A stretch of DNA of 20,000 nt. It comes from an uncultured virus (IMG/VR IMGVR_UViG_3300025626_000016) (lineage: Duplodnaviria > Heunggongvirae > Uroviricota > Caudoviricetes). The stretch lies in IMG/VR virus record IMGVR_UViG_3300025626_000016. One strand, written 5' to 3'. The notes beneath the pieces were generated by a model. The model was not told the DNA's origin, ran no database searches, and was given only the letters and a program-made list of their open reading frames with translations. The position numbers and the translations under genes are program-made. This document shows, piece by piece, positions 1 through 8,751 of this stretch (position 1 is its first letter; each line of letters begins with the position of its first letter).

Positions 1-383
1 TAAAACTTATTTAATCTAGAAATAGAAGTTGCTCCAAAATCTTTAGAAGGTGTTAGATATATTTTTAAATTTTGTGTGTCAGCATAGTCAGTAATTCTTG
101 ACATAACCTTAGAACCGATCCCTTTATCACGATCCTCTTTTTTTACTTTTATTTTACTAAGTTGTAGGTACTTACCATTATCATATAAATCTAATTCTAT
201 ATTGAATTGATCTTCTAATTCTTGTAAGATGAATTGTTCTCCTAAAATAGGTGTATTATCATGATTACATTTATGACAAATAAACACATCGTGTCCACCC
301 TCTTCTATTTCCCAAGACCAACCACAGTTATCACAAGATACTTTGTTTGCCGTAAACTCCTCGAATAGTTTTATATATTTCAT
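1..383 (-). CDS. Zn-ribbon + GNAT-family acetyltransferase with capsid-targeting-like leader (3' end runs off the window; absent from ORF track)
   Basis: Manual translation from ATG at 383: MKYIKLFEEFTANKVSCDNCGWSWEIEEGGHDVFICHKCNHDN...LSKIKVKKEDRDKGIGSKVMSRITDYADTQNLKIYLTPSKDFGATSISRLNKF. Two CxxC pairs; acetyl-CoA motif A (V..EDRDKGIGS). Frame is open to position 1. Confidence 0.8.
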   Translation of the reverse strand, partial: MKYIKLFEEFTANKVSCDNCGWSWEIEEGGHDVFICHKCNHDNTPILGEQFILQELEDQFNIELDLYDNGKYLQLSKIKVKKEDRDKGIGSKVMSRITDYADTQNLKIYLTPSKDFGATSISRLNKF

Positions 384-384
384 A

Positions 385-1083
385 TTAAAATTTCGGTATA
401 CCTCCTATTTTTGCTGCTCTTCGTCTCCAGAGATCTAATACTTGTTCTCTTTCTTCGTCATTAATAACACCTTGTTCCTGTTGTGTATCTAAATATCTAC
501 CAACAGTATCGCTCATGTTTTCCTTTCTCTTCTTAGCTTCATATCTTAATCCTTGTAAATTAGCATCCACTTCTTTAGGTAGCATTAGATACTGAGATTT
601 TGGTAAAAGTCCCATTTTTATATAGGCTCTTAGTTCACTATCATCTTCATTAGGTTTACCTTTTCTATAATTTCCGGTGTCAATTCCGTCTTGTGTAATA
701 TGTTCCATTTCATGACGAACTACATCTGCTAAATGAAAATATACCATTGACCATTCTCCTGGAATCCACTCAGGATTTAAAGCAAAGTCTATAATAATAT
801 AAGGTGTTTGAAAGTCACCGTGATCATCATCGTCTCTACCATCTGCACCTGTTGAATCTAATACTTGAAATCCTTCATATTTTTTATCAATATGAATAGT
901 AGCCTCAATATCAAATTCTAAACCTCTCTCTTCAATTTGGTCTCCATAATTTATAGTAGCGTTCCCGCCTTTATATGATTTAACCCATTTATTGAATATA
1001 GCTTTAGTTAATTTGGAAGCTAATCCATCATATGCAGATCTTCCTTCACCAATAAAACTTTCATATGTTCTAATATGTTTCAT
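385..1083 (-). CDS. Putative zincin metallopeptidase-like protein (HExxH) with capsid-targeting-like leader
   Basis: VVRHEMEHITQ (HExxH) plus downstream EVDAN as candidate third ligand; N-terminus MKHIRTYESFIGE. Confidence 0.65.
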   Translation of the reverse strand: MKHIRTYESFIGEGRSAYDGLASKLTKAIFNKWVKSYKGGNATINYGDQIEERGLEFDIEATIHIDKKYEGFQVLDSTGADGRDDDDHGDFQTPYIIIDFALNPEWIPGEWSMVYFHLADVVRHEMEHITQDGIDTGNYRKGKPNEDDSELRAYIKMGLLPKSQYLMLPKEVDANLQGLRYEAKKRKENMSDTVGRYLDTQQEQGVINDEEREQVLDLWRRRAAKIGGIPKF

Positions 1084-1087
1084 GTAT

Positions 1088-1095
1088 TATATATC
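1088..1095 (-). promoter_or_regulatory. Putative late promoter GATATATA
   Basis: GATATATA ends 4 nt before the ATG at 1083; same motif at the same distance before the ATGs at 10828 and 14079; resembles the T4 late promoter TATAAATA. Confidence 0.5.
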
Positions 1096-1121
1096 ATTTA
1101 AATTTAACCGTACTTTAAAGC

Positions 1122-1153
1122 AAAAAAAATGAGGTTCGTTAGAACCTCATTTT
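1122..1153 (-). terminator. Intrinsic terminator
   Basis: Minus strand AAAATGAGGTTC-TAAC-GAACCTCATTTT running into a T8 tract, just downstream of ORF 1174..1419. Confidence 0.85.
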
Positions 1154-1173
1154 CATGGTTAGTTGAGACTTTA

Positions 1174-1419
1174 TTAACCGTTTACTTGACCGGTTTTGCC
1201 TACTTGTGTGCCTTCGTCACTATCAACGAAAATTTGATCTAGAACTTCTAAATACCCATTTGCATCGGTTATTGTTCTTACCAATTTATCCATTTCTTCA
1301 ATGACTTGTGGGTGTTCACCAATTCCCACTGCATTTTTAGAATACACTTCTAATGTTGCAATTGCCTCTAATCTCATAGCGACATACTTAGCTCTAAGAG
1401 CGTCTACTTTTAAACTCAT
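1174..1419 (-). CDS. Phage hypothetical protein (VGIGEHP motif)
   Basis: 81-aa ORF; ATGA overlap with the upstream gene; the GIGEHP motif is recalled from large-phage hypotheticals. Confidence 0.75.
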   Translation of the reverse strand: MSLKVDALRAKYVAMRLEAIATLEVYSKNAVGIGEHPQVIEEMDKLVRTITDANGYLEVLDQIFVDSDEGTQVGKTGQVNG

Positions 1420-1622
1420 AATTTGTTGTTATTTAATTCTTTTAATTGATCAATGATTGTCTGTAATGCGCTAAATACAATAGATGCTATCATAAACATC
1501 CAAAACCTGGTAGATTCTTGGCCCATACACAATGATACAATAGCAAATACTAAGAATAATGTTCCTTGTACGCCAATTGCTCTGTTAGACAATTTGCTCA
1601 ATACATTTTTAATTTTTTTCAT
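1416..1622 (-). CDS. Small membrane protein (two hydrophobic segments)
   Basis: GTLFLVFAIVSLCM and FWMFMIASIVFSAL; stop overlaps the next start (ATGA). Confidence 0.7.
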   Translation of the reverse strand: MKKIKNVLSKLSNRAIGVQGTLFLVFAIVSLCMGQESTRFWMFMIASIVFSALQTIIDQLKELNNNKL

Positions 1623-1641
1623 ATACTAATTTTTATAATGG

Positions 1642-2574
1642 TTATACTAACTCTAATTGATATTGTTTCAAATATTTTTGTAGAGCCAATTCTTTTGCCT
1701 TTACTTCTAGCTCGATATCTAGATATAAGCCATATGTTTCTATATACTCATAGATATAATCTGCATGTGCACGCTTATTTGTTTGAGTCTCATCTTCATG
1801 TAATTGTTGACACGAAGAATAGTGTACTAATTGTTTGATACCCTTTGGCCAAGATTTAGCTGCAAGTTTAAGGGCTTCTTCTTGTGATAATGTACCTGGA
1901 TGACACCAATGATGGTGATAATCGAATGTGATAGGAACACCAACTTTACTAAATACACCTTCATATAGATCTTCGGTCGTGTACTGACTTTCTTTGTCAT
2001 CGTTTTCTACAACTAATCGAGTACGTACAGAATCGTCAAGTAATTTAAAATTATCTACAAATCTTTGCATTGCTTCGTCTTTACCGCCTTGTGTAGTATT
2101 GACATGTATATTGATTGGTGCAGAGTGATCTCTTGGTAAGCCAAGTAAATCCATAATTTCACCGTGTTTGTTGAGATCAATAATACATTTGTCAACTACT
2201 CGTTGTGTAAGCGATGCTAATACATCGAATGGGCCAGGATGAAATGTTAAACGTTGACCATTATCCATCGCAATTTTACCAGCACCTTTAAGAACATTTA
2301 CGATTTTATTATAATCTGGTAAATCAGACAATTCATACTCACTCATCCATGGAAACATATCAGAACTAATACGAAAGAGTTTGATGCCATTGCGATTATT
2401 CCAATTAATTACTTTAACTAAATCTTTTACATTTAATAATGCAAGCTCTGATGCATACTCAATACCTTTAGCTGCAAACGTACGCTTAATCATGCTACGA
2501 TTAGTAGTAACTTTTTCAGATTTCTGTAAAGTAGTATTGATACAGCAATATCCGTAATTATTTATTTTTTCCAT
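1642..2574 (-). CDS. uvsE: UV damage endonuclease (UvsE/UvdE family)
   Basis: GYCCIN start, LFRISSDMFP, RLTFHPGPF, INIHV, RLVVENDD, ITFDYHHH, HYS, RAHADYI, ELEVKAKELAL: the characteristic UvsE TIM-barrel motifs in order. Confidence 0.95.
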   Translation of the reverse strand: MEKINNYGYCCINTTLQKSEKVTTNRSMIKRTFAAKGIEYASELALLNVKDLVKVINWNNRNGIKLFRISSDMFPWMSEYELSDLPDYNKIVNVLKGAGKIAMDNGQRLTFHPGPFDVLASLTQRVVDKCIIDLNKHGEIMDLLGLPRDHSAPINIHVNTTQGGKDEAMQRFVDNFKLLDDSVRTRLVVENDDKESQYTTEDLYEGVFSKVGVPITFDYHHHWCHPGTLSQEEALKLAAKSWPKGIKQLVHYSSCQQLHEDETQTNKRAHADYIYEYIETYGLYLDIELEVKAKELALQKYLKQYQLELV

Positions 2575-2761
2575 TTATGTATTTTATTATAAAGTTAATA
2601 GCAAGTAATACCAAATACGCTGGCCAAAAAAGACCTATTAAAATTCTTTCGAGCATACTAAATCTTAGATCTTCTCTATCTATTGTAGAAATTAAGAAAT
2701 CGTATAGTGCATTTACAATGACACCAAATAAAATATAATATGAAAGAGTACCAATAGTCAC
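2558..2761 (-). CDS. Small membrane protein
   Basis: Two hydrophobic stretches including ILIGLFWPAYLVLLAINF; GTG start; overlaps the uvsE start. Confidence 0.65.
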   Translation of the reverse strand: MTIGTLSYYILFGVIVNALYDFLISTIDREDLRFSMLERILIGLFWPAYLVLLAINFIIKYINGKNK

Positions 2762-2779
2762 TTAAGTTATATATGGTTT

Positions 2780-3373
2780 TTATGAATTGTTTAATTGTTC
2801 CCAGTTTAAATACTTTTTCCAATTATGTTCTTTGATTAGCTTTGTCCAAAGTATAATGTATTTTCTTTCTTTGGGTTTTAGAATATGTCGCGGTTGTTCG
2901 TTAACAAATCTTTGCATTTTTTCTGGATCAAACTTTTTACCTAACGCAATACTTTTACATTTAAAATACAAATCTCTAGTGCTACCATCAAATATTTCCA
3001 TTATATCTGAAACTCTTTCCTTTGTCATGTCAAATTCCTTGGCTAAATCTTCAGCCAATTTCCAAAGAAGTTTTTGTTCTATTTCTAAATGATTTTTCAT
3101 CATAATAGCTTTACGCTTATTATATTGTTTTCTATCATAATCAATGGCTTCGATTAGAGTTTCACCATTTAACCAAGGACTTTCTTTTTTAATAGCCTCT
3201 ACTTTAGCTTCATAAATCTTTTCTTCTAAGTATACTTCTCTACCTAAATGATTGAATTCATATTCACCAAATTCTATTCTTTGTTGAAGCTCACTTGCGC
3301 CTTTAAATAAATATTTCTTGGGCAATTTAACAACTCCATGAAATCTGCGCCACCATGTAAATTGTCTACTCAT
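2780..3373 (-). CDS. Hypothetical protein
   Basis: 197-aa ORF in operon arrangement; no motif recognised. Confidence 0.7.
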   Translation of the reverse strand: MSRQFTWWRRFHGVVKLPKKYLFKGASELQQRIEFGEYEFNHLGREVYLEEKIYEAKVEAIKKESPWLNGETLIEAIDYDRKQYNKRKAIMMKNHLEIEQKLLWKLAEDLAKEFDMTKERVSDIMEIFDGSTRDLYFKCKSIALGKKFDPEKMQRFVNEQPRHILKPKERKYIILWTKLIKEHNWKKYLNWEQLNNS

Positions 3374-3728
3374 TTATTTTGTATAATGTGTATATTGAAT
3401 TGTTAGTTCTAAATTTAACAAAAGTTTCATCAGATTCTAAAATCTCCGTTAACACTGTTGTCATCCACGTATAATATTCATTGAACGGTGACATAATCAA
3501 ACTTCGTCCTATTGCAATTTCCTTAAACTGCTCCTTAAATGTACCATCTTCTTGCCACTCTACCCACAATACATCTCTTGAATATTTAGTCATACCGTCT
3601 CGCTCTCTTACCAATTTCCAATTTCTTTCGGTTTCTTTGTAAAAAAGATCAACAAATTCATTGTCAATTTGTAGATTACCTTTCTCGTCTTTAGTTAAGG
3701 GAATTTGAGGTTGTATATCCTTAATCAT
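3366..3728 (-). CDS. Hypothetical protein (start revised to ATG 3728, MIKDIQPQ)
   Basis: The track start at 3818 overlaps the upstream gene; ATG at 3728 lies 1 nt after the stop at 3730. Confidence 0.7.
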   Translation of the reverse strand: MIKDIQPQIPLTKDEKGNLQIDNEFVDLFYKETERNWKLVRERDGMTKYSRDVLWVEWQEDGTFKEQFKEIAIGRSLIMSPFNEYYTWMTTVLTEILESDETFVKFRTNNSIYTLYKINE

Positions 3729-3729
3729 A

Positions 3730-3960
3730 TTATTTGTTTTTTCTTTTTCTTTTCTTTTTTTCGTGTTTAGCCCAATATCTAGCGGCTTCCTTCTCTTCTT
3801 CGTATTTTTCAAGAACATCTAAAAATCCACTATACGTATAATCTTCTGATCTAAAAGCATCTCTAATTCTTGATTGCTCGTCTTCACAACCTTTCATCCA
3901 TCCGATTACGAATGCAAATACTCCTAAGAAAATTGTTAAAAATAATCCTTCTGCTCCCAT
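3730..3960 (-). CDS. Small protein with N-terminal membrane anchor and basic tail
   Basis: LFLTIFLGVFAFVIGW; C-terminal KKKRKRKNK; TAATG coupling at 3960. Confidence 0.7.
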   Translation of the reverse strand: MGAEGLFLTIFLGVFAFVIGWMKGCEDEQSRIRDAFRSEDYTYSGFLDVLEKYEEEKEAARYWAKHEKKKRKRKNK

Positions 3961-4247
3961 TATTTTAATTTTTGTAAAAGGTTTTCAACGTCTTTCTTAG
4001 AAGTCCATCCAGCAACTTCATCACCATCAGTATTTAAAAATTTATCTGTGACAAAACCGCCACCCTCAGAATTTTTAAATATAGCAACTTCAAATGAAGC
4101 GTATTGTGTAGAGTCTAACCCATCTTCACGTGGAGTACTATAAACAAACTTACCTGCTTGAATACTCACTGTAACTTCTTTAAACTTTGCAATAGCTCCT
4201 ACGCCACCATGATGTTGTTTCTTAAATTTTAAGTCTTTAAATTTCAT
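3960..4247 (-). CDS. Phage hypothetical protein
   Basis: 95-aa ORF with YSTPR...FEVAIF...DEVAGW segments; tightly packed in the operon. Confidence 0.75.
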   Translation of the reverse strand: MKFKDLKFKKQHHGGVGAIAKFKEVTVSIQAGKFVYSTPREDGLDSTQYASFEVAIFKNSEGGGFVTDKFLNTDGDEVAGWTSKKDVENLLQKLK

Positions 4248-4262
4248 ATCTTTTATTTTATT

Positions 4263-4730
4263 TTAAAAATTACCTGGTGCAACTTGCATACAAGTTAAAC
4301 CCATATCTCTCCACATATCAACTACTTTTTGTCTATCGTCAAATACACAAACTACATCGTCAACGTGATCCTGTGTTGGAAATAAGTCGTTAAACCATTT
4401 CTTCTTAAGATCATCATCTGGCATAAATTGAAAGTCTTTGCTAGTTGGTCTCATCTTCAATACATTAAATGGTACATCAAACTTTTTTAACCAAGCTTTA
4501 GTAGCATCTTTAGTAGCTTTAGATCTTCCACTAAAAATAACAATCATGTGCCCAGCGGCATCTAACATTTGAGCCATCTTAATTACAGCATCATGTGGTT
4601 GGTCAAGGTCAATGTTCTTAGGATCAAAGAAAGTGTCCCAATCCATTTTGCCATTGTCCTTCGTAGAAATAGCTCTTCGCTTATCGATAAGAGCCAAAGT
4701 TCCGTCTAAATCAAATATTACTTTTTTCAT
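4263..4730 (-). CDS. HAD-superfamily phosphatase resembling the T4 polynucleotide kinase 3'-phosphatase domain (stand-alone)
   Basis: IFDLDGTLA (motif I), FSGR (II), LKMR..D..PDDDLK (III), VFDDRQKVVDMWR..GL (IV). Confidence 0.85.
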   Translation of the reverse strand: MKKVIFDLDGTLALIDKRRAISTKDNGKMDWDTFFDPKNIDLDQPHDAVIKMAQMLDAAGHMIVIFSGRSKATKDATKAWLKKFDVPFNVLKMRPTSKDFQFMPDDDLKKKWFNDLFPTQDHVDDVVCVFDDRQKVVDMWRDMGLTCMQVAPGNF

Positions 4731-4751
4731 TTCTCTTGCTTTTTATTACTC

Positions 4752-4784
4752 TACTAATATACCACAAATATTTGACATAAAAAA
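4752..4784 (-). promoter_or_regulatory. Repeated promoter-like element, copy 1
   Basis: Minus strand TTTTTTATGTCAAATATTTGTGGTATATTAGTA, 21 nt upstream of ATG 4730. Confidence 0.8.
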
Positions 4785-4796
4785 GTATTTGTGCGT

Positions 4797-5009
4797 TTAT
4801 TTTAATAAATCTTTTATTTTTTCTTCAATATCCACCATTTCTTCTAAGGTAAATAAATCCATATCATTGAATAGCCAACCTGTATTTGTTTCTACAATGA
4901 CCATATCTTCAAATATTTCTATACTTTCAACAGTATGAACTGTTTTGTCATCTTGAAATATAACATATGGCGCAGAGTCTATACGATTGTATCTTTCTTC
5001 AATAGTCAT
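4797..5009 (-). CDS. Hypothetical acidic protein (start revised to ATG 5009, MTIEERY)
   Basis: ATG 1 nt after the upstream stop at 5011; the longer track start overlaps the upstream gene. Confidence 0.65.
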   Translation of the reverse strand: MTIEERYNRIDSAPYVIFQDDKTVHTVESIEIFEDMVIVETNTGWLFNDMDLFTLEEMVDIEEKIKDLLK

Positions 5010-5010
5010 C

Positions 5011-5409
5011 TTATCCCCAATCTTTTTCAAATGTGTACCAATGATCTGCGCTTGCGCAGTCTCTACATGCATCGGCAACAAGTGTTACTTTATCTTCCAT
5101 CGTTAACATCAATAGAACAGCTCCTACGTGCATCTCGATCAACTCACTTGTTGGAAGATATTCCGAGACGTGACTGGCAATTCCAGTAACAAGTCTATAT
5201 GTGTTGTCTTCTACAGAATTAAATCTTGTTCCCTGATGATAATCGACATTAGGTTCTACGGTTGCTAGTTCCCATAGTTTTTCAATACCTATAAGATCTC
5301 TAACTTCTTGACAAATTTCTTGGATTGCAGCTTTGTGTTTAAGAACTGCTTGATAACCTGAGCCACCGACTCCGTTACATCTTACTTCATTTACATTAAA
5401 TTTACTCAT
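5011..5409 (-). CDS. Hypothetical protein (start revised to ATG 5409, MSKFNVNE)
   Basis: The track start at 5445 lies inside the repeated promoter; ATG 5409 is 20 nt downstream of it, as for the other copies. Confidence 0.75.
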   Translation of the reverse strand: MSKFNVNEVRCNGVGGSGYQAVLKHKAAIQEICQEVRDLIGIEKLWELATVEPNVDYHQGTRFNSVEDNTYRLVTGIASHVSEYLPTSELIEMHVGAVLLMLTMEDKVTLVADACRDCASADHWYTFEKDWG

Positions 5410-5429
5410 ATTTTTAACTTTTATTATAC

Positions 5430-5462
5430 TACTAATATACCACAAATAATTGATATAAAAAA
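5430..5462 (-). promoter_or_regulatory. Repeated promoter-like element, copy 2
   Basis: TTTTTTATATCAATTATTTGTGGTATATTAGTA, 20 nt upstream of ATG 5409. Confidence 0.8.
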
Positions 5463-5480
5463 ATCTGACGTGTTTTATTT

Positions 5481-5723
5481 TTAAAAGTTACGAACAATTT
5501 CCTGATGCTTCTTTCTAAAAGTTATTTCAACATCGTCTATTATTTCTTTTAATAGATTTGTTTGTATCTCGTCTTCGCATTCAAAATACGACAACCAACT
5601 CCTAAAGTTTTCTATAAAATTTCTAGCACCTTCAATTTGTATTTCATTAGTACAAGATAATGTAACCTTATTTGTTTTTTTGTGTGTATCAAAAAGTGCG
5701 TCAGTATTTTCTTTAAATATCAT
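5481..5723 (-). CDS. Hypothetical protein
   Basis: 80-aa ORF overlapping the end of the NT5C gene. Confidence 0.65.
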   Translation of the reverse strand: MIFKENTDALFDTHKKTNKVTLSCTNEIQIEGARNFIENFRSWLSYFECEDEIQTNLLKEIIDDVEITFRKKHQEIVRNF

Positions 5724-6180
5724 CTTGTTTAATTTTTAAATAGTTAAGTACTGTATCCCAATCTGGAAAAGTTTCTGTACCAAATTGAATTAGTTCGCCT
5801 TTAAATTCACCAGCACCATTGACTGTTCTATCATCGATTAAGTAATCGCCGATCATTAGATTTTTATGATGACTAGTAATTATTCTTTTATATGCAGGCT
5901 TTCCTAAGTATTTTCTAACCCACATTCTTTTAGCCTTAACAGAACCTAAACTTTCCCATGGCGCTGTCGTTAATAAATAAACGTCGAACACTTCTACTAA
6001 TTTATTAAAAGCTTCAATAGCTCCAGGAATTGGCTCAGCTTCATAGAATAATTCAGGATCTGCATCTAGAATTTCACCTATATTTGGAACTAAATCTTTA
6101 CCATATTTTGTTTCGCACGCTTTAAATATATCAACTAATACTCCGTCCATATCTAAGTACATTATTTTCTTTGCTGTCAT
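5713..6180 (-). CDS. 5'(3')-deoxyribonucleotidase (NT5C family, HAD)
   Basis: YLDMDGVLVD, PIPGAIEA, LTTAPW, KRMWV, HKNLMIGDYLIDDR. Confidence 0.9.
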   Translation of the reverse strand: MTAKKIMYLDMDGVLVDIFKACETKYGKDLVPNIGEILDADPELFYEAEPIPGAIEAFNKLVEVFDVYLLTTAPWESLGSVKAKRMWVRKYLGKPAYKRIITSHHKNLMIGDYLIDDRTVNGAGEFKGELIQFGTETFPDWDTVLNYLKIKQDDI

Positions 6181-6181
6181 A

Positions 6182-6442
6182 TTATGTATTTTTTATTGTT
6201 GGTTTTGTTAAAAGTAAATACATCTCAATAGCTTTGATCAAGCCTTTAATTTTATTTTCTATATCTTTACTCACACCTAATTTTATAGCCTTAGGTAAAA
6301 GATCATCATATAAATATCCGTCAAAAAGCCCATAGGCCATGTTTGTAAACTCGTCGTTTTCAGTGGCATTGATAATGTCCATTGTCATAGTTCTCATTTC
6401 TGAAGTAAAACAACCATGTCTGTCAAATCTTGTGTAACTCAT
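6182..6442 (-). CDS. Hypothetical protein
   Basis: 86-aa ORF directly downstream of promoter copy 3. Confidence 0.75.
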   Translation of the reverse strand: MSYTRFDRHGCFTSEMRTMTMDIINATENDEFTNMAYGLFDGYLYDDLLPKAIKLGVSKDIENKIKGLIKAIEMYLLLTKPTIKNT

Positions 6443-6464
6443 ATCTTTCGCTTTTTAATTATAG

Positions 6465-6497
6465 TACTAATATACCACAAATAAACGACATAAAAAA
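6465..6497 (-). promoter_or_regulatory. Repeated promoter-like element, copy 3
   Basis: TTTTTTATGTCGTTTATTTGTGGTATATTAGTA, 22 nt upstream of ATG 6442. Confidence 0.8.
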
Positions 6498-6519
6498 ATC
6501 TGAGAGCACTTTTTTTAAT

Positions 6520-6747
6520 TTATTTTTCAGGATTAGTTTTAGGAGTACCGGAACCCTTAAATAAAATAGTAGATAACACATTAAGTCCCAGTGCTTGCCA
6601 AAATCCTATAGCATTTATGCCGTCTATTGCCGGAACTAAACATGTGTTCCATAAATATTGTGTTGGTATTGTCAATACAGTTGCTATTATAACTAATCCT
6701 AACAATACGCCTATCCAAGTGCTAATAATATTAATTGATCTTTTCAT
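6520..6747 (-). CDS. Small membrane protein
   Basis: Hydrophobic helices with LWN...P...I.FWQALGL pattern. Confidence 0.75.
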   Translation of the reverse strand: MKRSINIISTWIGVLLGLVIIATVLTIPTQYLWNTCLVPAIDGINAIGFWQALGLNVLSTILFKGSGTPKTNPEK

Positions 6748-6752
6748 AAAAT

Positions 6753-7007
6753 TTATTTAACCAAAACCTTTGGTGTTTTTATACTATATTTTGTAGCCCA
6801 TTCTTCTATAAAATTAAAACCAATTCCTAATTCTACGATTTCATATTTATGATCTACTATTGGCTTTGTTGCTCTTCCATTATTAATAACATCAACGTGA
6901 ATGTTAGTGACTATCATATAATATGTGTTACTATTCTTTTGTTTTCTGTAAACCACAACATTGGTTGGTTTATCATTTTCTAACCAAGGTAATTTTAATT
7001 TTTTCAT
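6753..7007 (-). CDS. Hypothetical protein (start revised to ATG 7007, MKKLKLPW)
   Basis: ATGA overlap with the stop of 7004..7348. Confidence 0.7.
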   Translation of the reverse strand: MKKLKLPWLENDKPTNVVVYRKQKNSNTYYMIVTNIHVDVINNGRATKPIVDHKYEIVELGIGFNFIEEWATKYSIKTPKVLVK

Positions 7008-7348
7008 TTCCAAAATAATTGAACCGCAATAAGTGCGAATGCTAAACAAAGTGAAACTGCAGTCTTAATATTAATACCTTCGTTTAAGAAGTACCAAGTT
7101 AAGAATGCAAAAGAAGTAATTCCCATAGAAAATCCTATAAATCTTCCAGGCCATAGTGCACCATCATAATATCCTGCAATTAATGCAGTTGCTTTAATAA
7201 ACATATAACTAATAACAGTGCCACCTAAAACACTTATTATCAACGGATTCTTTTTTGCCCATGGACTTATAAATTGACCGTTAGTTTGAAACCAAATTAA
7301 TGTTTGCCCTGCCAAGAACAATAACATTCCTACTAATAACCCTCTCAA
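7004..7348 (-). CDS. Four-helix small membrane protein, possibly DMT/SMR-like
   Basis: 114 aa with four hydrophobic segments; YFLNEGINIKTAVSLCL resembles the DMT-family loop; ATGA overlap with rnhB. Confidence 0.6.
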   Translation of the reverse strand: MRGLLVGMLLFLAGQTLIWFQTNGQFISPWAKKNPLIISVLGGTVISYMFIKATALIAGYYDGALWPGRFIGFSMGITSFAFLTWYFLNEGINIKTAVSLCLAFALIAVQLFWK

Positions 7349-7980
7349 AACAATGTATTAGTTTTGGTTAGCATATGACTTATAAATGAATTTCTGTGAT
7401 GAGGTGTTGCACCTTCGCTTAATATAGCATCTCTATGTTGTTTAGTACCATATCCTTTATTTGAACCCCAACCATATGCTGGAAAATCCGTACTTAATTC
7501 TTTCATAAGTAAATCTCTTTCTGTTTTGGCCAAAATAGAAGCTGCAGCAATTGATACATATGTATTATCTCCACCTACTACTGTTTCAAATGGAATTCCA
7601 TCAAATCCATGGAATTGATCTCCATCTACAAGAATAAAATCAAAATCAATTAAATTATCTTTTACATCTTCTAAACATCTGCGCATGCCTTCTAATGTTG
7701 CTTTTAAAATATTGGTACTTTCAATGTCTTCAACACTGACGTGTTTAATAGAATATGCAATACAGTTATCTAAAACCATCTGCCTTGCAGCTACTCTTTG
7801 AGGTTCACTTAATAATTTTGAATCTTTAATAAGTTCATGTTGAAATCCGTATGGCATGATGCACGCAGCTACGGTCACTGGTCCTGATAAAGCACCTCTC
7901 CCCGCTTCGTCTAATCCGATTTCGGTTATGTCTGGATTTCCAGAATGGCTATGCTTTAATAAGATTTGATATGATTCCAT
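7345..7980 (-). CDS. rnhB: Ribonuclease HII
   Basis: IGLDEAGRGALSGPV, KDSKLL, NILKAT, LVDG, GGD...SIAAASILAK..RD, NKGYGT, HRNSF. Confidence 0.95.
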   Translation of the reverse strand: MESYQILLKHSHSGNPDITEIGLDEAGRGALSGPVTVAACIMPYGFQHELIKDSKLLSEPQRVAARQMVLDNCIAYSIKHVSVEDIESTNILKATLEGMRRCLEDVKDNLIDFDFILVDGDQFHGFDGIPFETVVGGDNTYVSIAAASILAKTERDLLMKELSTDFPAYGWGSNKGYGTKQHRDAILSEGATPHHRNSFISHMLTKTNTLF

Positions 7981-8024
7981 ATATAGTATGTTTAGTACTT
8001 ATATACGGAATCATTAAAATGTTT

Positions 8025-8732
8025 CTAAAATTTGTTTTCGTTTTTTGATTTCCACTCATCATATCTCTGTACGACTTCCTGTAAGATCTTAGCTCTTACA
8101 ATATCTTTATTACTAAACACATGTACACCGATTCCTTTTACACCCTGCATAATCTCTATGAACCCTGGTAAACCTACATGCTGCTTAGCAATATCATGTT
8201 GACTGACATCACCTGTAACTACAACTCTACTTGATTTACCCATTCTAGTTACAAATAACATTAATTGTTTAAATGTTGCATTTTGTGCTTCATCTAAAAC
8301 CATAAGCGCATCATCAAAAGTATCACCTCTCATATACGCAAGTGGCTCAAATCTAATTGTCTTGCTATCAAATAAATATTTTGCTTGTTGACCTCCTACT
8401 ATTTTAGTGATATTCGAAATATACGAATTCATATAAGGGTCGATCTTTTCTTCTTTTGTTCCTGGTAAAAATCCTAACTTTTCACCTGCTTCTTGTATGG
8501 GTTTACAAAGGATAATTTCTTTTATTTTCTTTTCTTGTAGTAATTTAAGTGCTACGAAACATGCAGTAAATGTTTTTGATGTTCCTGCTGGACCGTAACA
8601 AAATGTTATTTCGTTTTCTTCTATTTGTTTTACGTATTTATGTTGGGACTGTCTAAGTGTAACTCGTTTTAAACCGGAATCTATTGTTCCGTTTTTAGAT
8701 TGTCTTGTTTGCTTTTCTGTTCCTCTACTCAT
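8025..8732 (-). CDS. phoH: PhoH-family ATPase
   Basis: GPAGTSKT Walker A variant, EAGEKLGFLPG, PLAYMRGDTF, LDEAQN, TRMG..S..VVTGD..Q.D. Confidence 0.95.
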   Translation of the reverse strand: MSRGTEKQTRQSKNGTIDSGLKRVTLRQSQHKYVKQIEENEITFCYGPAGTSKTFTACFVALKLLQEKKIKEIILCKPIQEAGEKLGFLPGTKEEKIDPYMNSYISNITKIVGGQQAKYLFDSKTIRFEPLAYMRGDTFDDALMVLDEAQNATFKQLMLFVTRMGKSSRVVVTGDVSQHDIAKQHVGLPGFIEIMQGVKGIGVHVFSNKDIVRAKILQEVVQRYDEWKSKNENKF

Positions 8733-8751
8733 TTAATAGTTGTTTTTATAA

